32,000 nt of DNA from Cupriavidus necator (GTDB taxonomy: Bacteria; Pseudomonadota; Gammaproteobacteria; Burkholderiales; Burkholderiaceae), in the NCBI RefSeq assembly GCF_016127575.1, contig NZ_CP066018.1, positions 870,001-902,000 on the forward strand, written 5' to 3'. Under the pieces are notes generated by a model, which worked only from the letters and a program-made list of their open reading frames with translations, made no database searches and was not told the DNA's origin. Shown one piece after another: positions 25,752 through 32,000 of this stretch. Positions within the stretch are counted from its first letter, which is position 1, and every line of letters begins with the position of its first letter. Both the position numbers and the translations under genes were made by a program.

Positions 25752-28700
25752 ATGAACCCCTCACGCCTCTTCATCGAGCGCCCGGTCGCCACGGCGCTGC
25801 TGATGCTGGCCATCTTGCTGTCCGGGCTGGTGGCGTACCGGCTGCTGCCGCTGTCGGCGCTGCCCGAGGTCGACTACCCGACCATCCAGGTCACTACGCT
25901 CTATCCTGGCGCCAGCCCGGACGTGATGACCTCGTCGGTGACCGCGCCGCTGGAGCGGCAGTTCGGCCAGATGCCGGGCCTGAAGCAGATGTCGTCGTCC
26001 TCGTCGGGCGGCGCTTCGGTGATCACGCTGCAGTTCGAGCTGACGCTGCCGCTGGACGTGGCCGAGCAGGAGGTGCAGGCCGCCATCAACGCCGGCAGCA
26101 ACCTGCTGCCATCCGACCTGCCGATGCCGCCGGTCTACAGCAAGGTCAACCCGGCCGACGCGCCGATCATGACCATCGCCATGACCTCGGACACCATGCC
26201 GCTGCCCAGGCTGCAGGACATGGTCGACACGCGCGTGGCACAGAAGATCTCGCAGATCCAGGGCGTGGGCCTGGTCACCATCAGCGGCGGCCAGCGCCCC
26301 GCGGTGCGCATCCAGGCCAACCCGGCCGCGCTGGCTTCGCTGGGCATGTCGATCGACGACCTGCGCACCGCCATTGGCGCATCCAACGTCAACGGCGCCA
26401 AGGGCAGCTTCGACGGCCCCGCGCGCGCCTCCACCATCGACGCCAACGACCAGCTGCGCTCGGCCGACGAATACCGCCAGATCATCCTGGGCTACAGGAA
26501 CGGCGCGCCGATCCGCATCACCGACGTGGCCGAGATCGTCGACGGCCCCGAGAACAGCCGCCTGGCCGCCTGGGCCAACGACAAGCCCGCGATCGTGCTG
26601 AATATCCAGCGCCAGCCCGGTGCCAACGTGATCGAAGTGGTGGACCGCATCAAGGCGCTGCTGCCGCAACTGCAGAATGCGCTGCCGGCCTCGGTCCACG
26701 TGCAGCTGCTGACCGACCGCACCACCACCATCCGCGCCTCGGTCGAGGACGTGCAGTTCGAGCTGCTGCTGGCGATCGCGCTGGTGGTGCTGGTGATCTT
26801 CCTGTTCCTGCGCAATATACCGGCCACCATCATCCCGGGCGTGGCGGTGCCGCTGTCGCTGGTGGGCACCTTCGGCGTGATGTACCTGGCCGGCTTCTCG
26901 ATCAACAACCTGACGCTGATGGCACTGACGATAGCCACCGGCTTCGTGGTCGATGATGCGATCGTGATGATCGAGAACATCATGCGCTACATCGAGAAGG
27001 GCGATTCGCCGATGGCGGCGGCGCTCAAGGGCTCGAAACAAATCGGCTTCACCATCATCTCGCTGACCTTCTCGCTGGTGGCGGTGCTGATCCCGCTGCT
27101 GTTCATGGGCGACGTGGTCGGGCGCCTGTTCCGGGAATTCGCGATCACGCTGGCGGTGTCGATCCTGATCTCGGCGGTGGTATCGCTGACGCTCACGCCG
27201 ATGATGTGCGCGCGCCTGCTGCACCATGTGCCGGAAGAGAAGCTGTCGCGCTTTCACCGCGCCAGCGGCCGCTTCTTCGACAACGTGATCGAGCGCTACG
27301 GCCGTGCGCTGGAGTGGGTGCTCGATCGTCAGAAAGCGACGCTGGTCGTGGCCGTGGCCACGCTGGTGCTGACCGGACTGCTGTATCTGCTGGTGCCAAA
27401 GGGCTTCTTCCCGGTGCAGGACACCGGCGTGATCCAGGGCATCACCGAGGCCGCCCAGACCACCTCGTTCGACGCCATGGCGCGCCGGCAGCAGGCCGTG
27501 GCCAAGGTGGTGATGCAGGACCCGGCAGTGGCAAGCCTGTCGTCGTTCATCGGCGTGGATGGCACCAACACCACGCTCAACGCCGGGCGCATGCTGATCA
27601 ACCTCAAGCCCAAGGGCGAGCGCGACCCCATCGACGTGGTCACGCAGCGCCTGCAGCAGGCCGTGCACGAACTGGGCGGCGTGTCGCTGTACACGCAGCC
27701 GGTGCAGGACCTGACCATCGAGGACAAGGTCTCGCGCACGCAGTACCAGTTCACCGTCGAGGACCCCGATCCCGCCACGCTGGCCGCGTGGGTGCCGAAG
27801 CTGGTGGAACGCCTGCGCCAGGAACCCGAGTTGCGCGACGTCACCAGCGACCAGCAGAACAACGGCCTGCGCGCCTATGTCGATATCGACCGCGACGCCG
27901 CGGCGCGCTTCGGCATCACCACCGCGGTGATCGACAGCGCGCTGTACAGCGCCTTCGGCCAGCGGCTGGTGTCGACCATCTTCACGCAGTCGAGCCAGTA
28001 CCGCGTGGTGCTGGAGACCATGCCGGAATTCCGCAAGAATCCGCAGTCGCTGGCCGACCTGCGCCTGCCCTCCTCTTCCGGCGGCCAGGTGCCGCTGGGC
28101 GCGTTCGCGCGCATCACCGAACGCACCGGCCCGCTGGTGATCAACCACCAGGGCCAGTTCCCGGCGGCGACGATCTCGTTCAACCTGGCGCCGGGCGAAT
28201 CGCTGGGCGCCGCGGTCGACAAGATCACCAGGGTCGAGCAGGAGCTGGGCCTGCCGATCTCGATGCAGACCAGCTTCCAGGGCGCCGCGCTGGCCTTCCG
28301 CGCGTCGCTGTCGAACACGCTGTGGCTGATCCTGGCCGCGGTGGTGACGATGTATATCGTGCTGGGCGTGCTGTATGAAAGCACCATCCACCCGGTCACG
28401 ATCCTGTCGACGCTGCCATCGGCGGGCGTCGGCGCGCTGCTGGCGCTGCTGTTGGCGGGGCAGGACCTGGGCATCATTGCGATCATCGGCATCATCCTGC
28501 TGATCGGCATCGTCAAGAAGAACGCGATCATGATGATCGACTTCGCGCTCGAGGCAGAGCGCGAGGGCGGCATGAAACCACGCGATGCGATCTTCCAGGC
28601 CTGCCTGCTGCGTTTCCGCCCGATCCTGATGACCACCATGGCGGCCCTGCTGGCGGCGCTGCCGCTGATGCTGGGTTCCGGCATCGGCAGCGAACTGCGC

Positions 28701-28874
28701 CGGCCGCTGGGCGTGACCATGGTGGGCGGCCTGCTGGTCAGCCAGGTGCTGACGCTGTTCACCACGCCGGTGATCTACCTGGCGTTCGACCGCGTGGCCA
28801 CGCGCGTGAAAGGCTGGCGCAAGCGGCGCTTCGGTGATCCGGAGGAAGGCGGCACGGGCGAGGAGCCGGTGTAA
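25752..28874 (+). CDS. mdtB: RND multidrug efflux permease, MdtB type
   Basis: 1040 aa. [25 protein letters not shown]...[46 protein letters not shown] is nearly colinear with E. coli MdtB as I recall it. Confidence 0.95.
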   Translation: MNPSRLFIERPVATALLMLAILLSGLVAYRLLPLSALPEVDYPTIQVTTLYPGASPDVMTSSVTAPLERQFGQMPGLKQMSSSSSGGASVITLQFELTLPLDVAEQEVQAAINAGSNLLPSDLPMPPVYSKVNPADAPIMTIAMTSDTMPLPRLQDMVDTRVAQKISQIQGVGLVTISGGQRPAVRIQANPAALASLGMSIDDLRTAIGASNVNGAKGSFDGPARASTIDANDQLRSADEYRQIILGYRNGAPIRITDVAEIVDGPENSRLAAWANDKPAIVLNIQRQPGANVIEVVDRIKALLPQLQNALPASVHVQLLTDRTTTIRASVEDVQFELLLAIALVVLVIFLFLRNIPATIIPGVAVPLSLVGTFGVMYLAGFSINNLTLMALTIATGFVVDDAIVMIENIMRYIEKGDSPMAAALKGSKQIGFTIISLTFSLVAVLIPLLFMGDVVGRLFREFAITLAVSILISAVVSLTLTPMMCARLLHHVPEEKLSRFHRASGRFFDNVIERYGRALEWVLDRQKATLVVAVATLVLTGLLYLLVPKGFFPVQDTGVIQGITEAAQTTSFDAMARRQQAVAKVVMQDPAVASLSSFIGVDGTNTTLNAGRMLINLKPKGERDPIDVVTQRLQQAVHELGGVSLYTQPVQDLTIEDKVSRTQYQFTVEDPDPATLAAWVPKLVERLRQEPELRDVTSDQQNNGLRAYVDIDRDAAARFGITTAVIDSALYSAFGQRLVSTIFTQSSQYRVVLETMPEFRKNPQSLADLRLPSSSGGQVPLGAFARITERTGPLVINHQGQFPAATISFNLAPGESLGAAVDKITRVEQELGLPISMQTSFQGAALAFRASLSNTLWLILAAVVTMYIVLGVLYESTIHPVTILSTLPSAGVGALLALLLAGQDLGIIAIIGIILLIGIVKKNAIMMIDFALEAEREGGMKPRDAIFQACLLRFRPILMTTMAALLAALPLMLGSGIGSELRRPLGVTMVGGLLVSQVLTLFTTPVIYLAFDRVATRVKGWRKRRFGDPEEGGTGEEPV

Positions 28875-28876
28875 CG

Positions 28877-31800
28877 ATGAATCTCTCGGCTGCCTTCATC
28901 CACCGCCCCGTCGCGACCGCGCTGCTGACGCTCGGCATCCTGCTGGCGGGGCTGGCCGCGCTGCGGCTGCTGCCGGTGTCGCCGCTGCCGCAGGTGGACT
29001 TCCCGACCATCTCGGTATCGGCGTCGCTGCCAGGCGCGAGTCCTGAAACGATGGCCGCCACCGTGGCGACGCCGCTCGAGCGCGCGCTCGGCACCATTGC
29101 CGGCGTGACCGAGATCACTTCGAGCAGTTCGCTCGGCTCCACCCGGGTGACGCTGCAGTTCGACCTGTCGCGCAATATCGACGGCGCCGCGCGCGACGTG
29201 CAGGCGGCCATCAACGCCTCGCGCGCGACACTGCCGACCAGCCTGCCCAACAACCCGACCTACCGCAAGGTCAACCCGGCCGATGCGCCGATCATGATCA
29301 TCGCGCTGACCTCGCCGACCATGACGCGCGGGCAGCTGTACGACGCGGCCTCGACCATCCTGGCGCAGAAGCTGTCGCAGGTCGATGGCGTGGGCCAGGT
29401 CACCATCGGCGGGGCCTCGCTGCCGGCCGTGCGGGTCGAGCTGAACCCGACCGCGCTGAACAACTACGGCATCTCGCTGGAGGATGTGCGCAACACCATC
29501 AGCGCGACCAACGCCAACCGGCCGCTGGGCACGCTGGAGAACGCCGCCAGCAACTGGCAGGTCTACGCCAACGACCAGGCGATGAAGGCGGAAGACTACA
29601 TGCCGCTGATCATCCGCTATGCCACGCCGGGAACCTTCTCGTCGACGTCGGCGGGCGCGCTGATTGCCAGCACCGCCAACGCCGCCGCCAGCGGCGGCGT
29701 CAGCACCAAGGTGGTCAACGGCGTGACCGTGACCACGCTGACCACCAGCAGCGGCACCACCACCATCACCAGCGGCGCCACCGGAGGCACCAGTGCCACC
29801 AGCGGCCCCAACTCGTTCGCGGTGCCGGTGCGGCTGCGCGACGTGGCCAATGTGGTCGACTCGGTGCAGGACATCCGCAACGCCGGCTCGGCCAACGGCA
29901 AGCCGTCGGTGCTGCTGGTGCTGAACCGCTCGCCCGGCGCCAACATCATCGAGACCGTCGACCGCGTCAACGAGATGCTGCCGCAGCTGCAAAAGATGAT
30001 CCCCGCGGCAATCTCGATGGACGTGATGATGGACCGCACGCCCACCATCCGCGCCTCGCTGCGCGAGGTCGAGAACACGCTGATGATCTCGGTGGCGCTG
30101 GTGATCATGGTGGTGTTCGTGTTCCTGCGCAATGTGCGCGCCACCCTTATCCCCAGCGTGGCGGTGCCGGTGTCGCTGATCGGCACGTTCTCGGTGATGT
30201 ACCTGGCCGGGTTCTCGCTGAACAACCTGTCGCTGATGGCGCTGACCATCGCCACCGGCTTTGTGGTCGACGATGCCATCGTGGTGCTGGAGAACATCTC
30301 GCGTCATATCGAGGAAGGCATGAAGCCGCTTGCCGCGGCACTGCGCGGGGCGCGCGAAGTGGGTTTCACGGTGCTGTCGATGAGCCTGTCGCTGATCGCG
30401 GTATTCATCCCGCTGCTGATGATGGGCGGCATCGTCGGCCGGCTGTTCCAGGAATTCGCGATCACGCTGTCGGTGGCGATCCTGGTGTCGCTGGTGGTGT
30501 CGCTGACCACCACGCCGATGATGTGCGCACGGATGCTGCGCCCGCCCGAGCCGGAGAAGCAGGGCCGCTTCTTCCGCGCCACCGAGCGCATGTTCCAGTG
30601 GCTGCACGACGGCTATGCGCGCTCGCTGTCCACGGCGCTGCGCCTGAGTCCGCTGGTGTGGCTGGTGCTGATCGCCACCATCGCACTCAACGTGTACCTG
30701 TACGTGATCGTTCCCAAGGGCTTCTTCCCACAGCAGGACACGGGCCGGCTGATCGGCTTTATCCGCGCCGACCAGGCCACCTCGTTCCAGGCCATGCGCG
30801 GCAAGCTCGACAATTTCATCAAGATCGTCCAGTCCGACCCCGCCGTGGTCAACGTGACCGGCTTTACCGGCGGTTCCCAGCGCAATACCGGGCAGATGTT
30901 CGTCACGCTCAAGCCGCTGTCGGAGCGCAACGAATCGGCCGACGCCATCATCGCGCGGCTGCGCGGCAAGCTGTCCAAGGAGCCGGGCGCGAGCCTGTTC
31001 CTGCAGTCGGTGCAGGATATCCGCATCGGCGGGCGGCAGAGCAGCTCGCAGTACCAGTTCACGCTGCAGTCGGACGACCTGGAAGTGCTGCGCGCGTGGG
31101 AGCCCAAGGTGCGCGCCGCGTTGTCGAACCTGAAGGGGCTGGAGGATATCGACACCGATACCAACGACAAGGGCCTGCAGACCTCGGTGATCATCGACCG
31201 CGACGCGGCCTCGCGCCTGGGCGTGACCGCGCAGCAGGTGGATGCGGTGCTCAACGATGCCTTCGGCCAGCGGCTGGTGTCCACCATCTACCATCCGCTG
31301 AACCAGTACCGCGTGGTGATGGAGCTGAGCCAGGAATACCTGCAAGGGCCCGATGCGCTCAAGGACATCTACGTGGTCACCGGCAACGGCAACCGCGTGC
31401 CGCTGGCGGCGTTCGCGCGCGTGACCCCGTCCAGCACGCCGCTGGGCGTGAACCACCAGGGCCAGTTCGCGGCCTCGACGATCTCGTTCAACCTGGCCGA
31501 GGGCACTTCGCTGTCGCAGGCGACCGACGCGATCACGCGCGAGATGGCGCGCATCGGCGTGCCGGAGACGCTGCGCGCCAACTTCCAGGGCGGCGCCAAG
31601 GCGTTCCAGGATTCGCTCAAGAGTCAGCCGATCCTGATCCTGGCGGCGCTGATCACGATCTACATCGTGCTGGGCGTGCTGTATGAAAGCTATGTGCATC
31701 CGCTGACGATCCTGTCGACGCTGCCCTCCGCCGGCGTGGGCGCGCTGCTGGCGCTGCTGGCATCGAAGACCGACTTCAGCATCATCGCGCTGATCGGCGT

Positions 31801-32000
31801 GATCCTGCTGATCGGCATCGTGAAAAAGAACGCGATCATGATGATCGACTTCGCCATCGATGCCGAACGGCGCGATGGCCTGTCGCCGCGCGACGCGATC
31901 TACCGCGCCTGCCTGCTGCGCTTCCGCCCGATCCTGATGACCACCATGGCCGCGCTGCTGGGCGCGGTGCCGCTGGCAATCGGCCGCGGCGACGGCGCCG
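28877..32000 (+). CDS. mdtC: RND multidrug efflux permease, MdtC type; 3' end runs off the window
   Basis: Not in the supplied track because no stop occurs in the window. Hand translation from ATG 28877 gives [25 protein letters not shown]...[36 protein letters not shown]...[20 protein letters not shown]...[26 protein letters not shown], open through base 32000. The ATG lies 2 nt after the mdtB stop. Confidence 0.93.
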   Translation, partial: MNLSAAFIHRPVATALLTLGILLAGLAALRLLPVSPLPQVDFPTISVSASLPGASPETMAATVATPLERALGTIAGVTEITSSSSLGSTRVTLQFDLSRNIDGAARDVQAAINASRATLPTSLPNNPTYRKVNPADAPIMIIALTSPTMTRGQLYDAASTILAQKLSQVDGVGQVTIGGASLPAVRVELNPTALNNYGISLEDVRNTISATNANRPLGTLENAASNWQVYANDQAMKAEDYMPLIIRYATPGTFSSTSAGALIASTANAAASGGVSTKVVNGVTVTTLTTSSGTTTITSGATGGTSATSGPNSFAVPVRLRDVANVVDSVQDIRNAGSANGKPSVLLVLNRSPGANIIETVDRVNEMLPQLQKMIPAAISMDVMMDRTPTIRASLREVENTLMISVALVIMVVFVFLRNVRATLIPSVAVPVSLIGTFSVMYLAGFSLNNLSLMALTIATGFVVDDAIVVLENISRHIEEGMKPLAAALRGAREVGFTVLSMSLSLIAVFIPLLMMGGIVGRLFQEFAITLSVAILVSLVVSLTTTPMMCARMLRPPEPEKQGRFFRATERMFQWLHDGYARSLSTALRLSPLVWLVLIATIALNVYLYVIVPKGFFPQQDTGRLIGFIRADQATSFQAMRGKLDNFIKIVQSDPAVVNVTGFTGGSQRNTGQMFVTLKPLSERNESADAIIARLRGKLSKEPGASLFLQSVQDIRIGGRQSSSQYQFTLQSDDLEVLRAWEPKVRAALSNLKGLEDIDTDTNDKGLQTSVIIDRDAASRLGVTAQQVDAVLNDAFGQRLVSTIYHPLNQYRVVMELSQEYLQGPDALKDIYVVTGNGNRVPLAAFARVTPSSTPLGVNHQGQFAASTISFNLAEGTSLSQATDAITREMARIGVPETLRANFQGGAKAFQDSLKSQPILILAALITIYIVLGVLYESYVHPLTILSTLPSAGVGALLALLASKTDFSIIALIGVILLIGIVKKNAIMMIDFAIDAERRDGLSPRDAIYRACLLRFRPILMTTMAALLGAVPLAIGRGDGA

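Noticed and set aside
25761-31699. Very long antisense ORFs inside the RND genes (25761..28391 -, 876 aa; 28775..31699 -, 974 aa), plus off-frame sense ORFs such as 27206..28378 and 30523..31686
   Set aside because: These are shadow ORFs typical of high-GC DNA. Their products are Arg/Gly/Ala/His-rich with no domain features, whereas the sense frames encode full-length, highly conserved MdtB and MdtC.

Overview
High-GC core-chromosome window. Gene content and protein sequences look Burkholderiales-like (Cupriavidus/Ralstonia type); that assignment is an inference, not a search result. I support 27 protein-coding genes, almost all housekeeping. In order they are: RND permease tail, sodB, xseA, exbB-exbD-lpxK-ycaR-kdsB, adk, an HSD10-like SDR, an MmyB-like regulator with a divergent methyltransferase, a LysR regulator with a divergent BASS transporter, tsaE-amiC, queG, an AEC transporter, a chalcone-isomerase-like exported protein, an orphan Bug/TctC binding protein, ogt-xerD, ybaK, plsY, ompR-envZ-like, and mdtA-mdtB-mdtC. 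mdtC (28877 to the window end) is absent from the supplied ORF track because it has no stop codon in the window; I translated it by hand. I saw no tRNA or rRNA genes, CRISPR arrays, transposases, phage genes or recognisable defence genes. The one stretch the genes do not explain is the ~1.07-kb low-GC gap between xseA and exbB (2736-3807). It holds four copies of a module with fixed internal spacing. Each copy has an IHF-consensus site (WATCAANNNNTTR) exactly 29 bp upstream of two direct DnaA-box-like 9-mers. In three copies an inverted DnaA box follows exactly 17 bp later. About 15 DnaA-box-like sites fall within ~700 bp, including one perfect TTATCCACA. I interpret this as a candidate datA/DARS-like DnaA-control locus, or less likely an origin-like element. 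I am not aware of such a locus being described for this lineage, and it is the main finding. Secondary observations are a ~60-aa Ser/Thr/Gly/Ala low-complexity insertion in MdtC, a TonB-less ExbBD pair where E. coli has msbA next to lpxK, and several candidate operators, hairpins and leaders.
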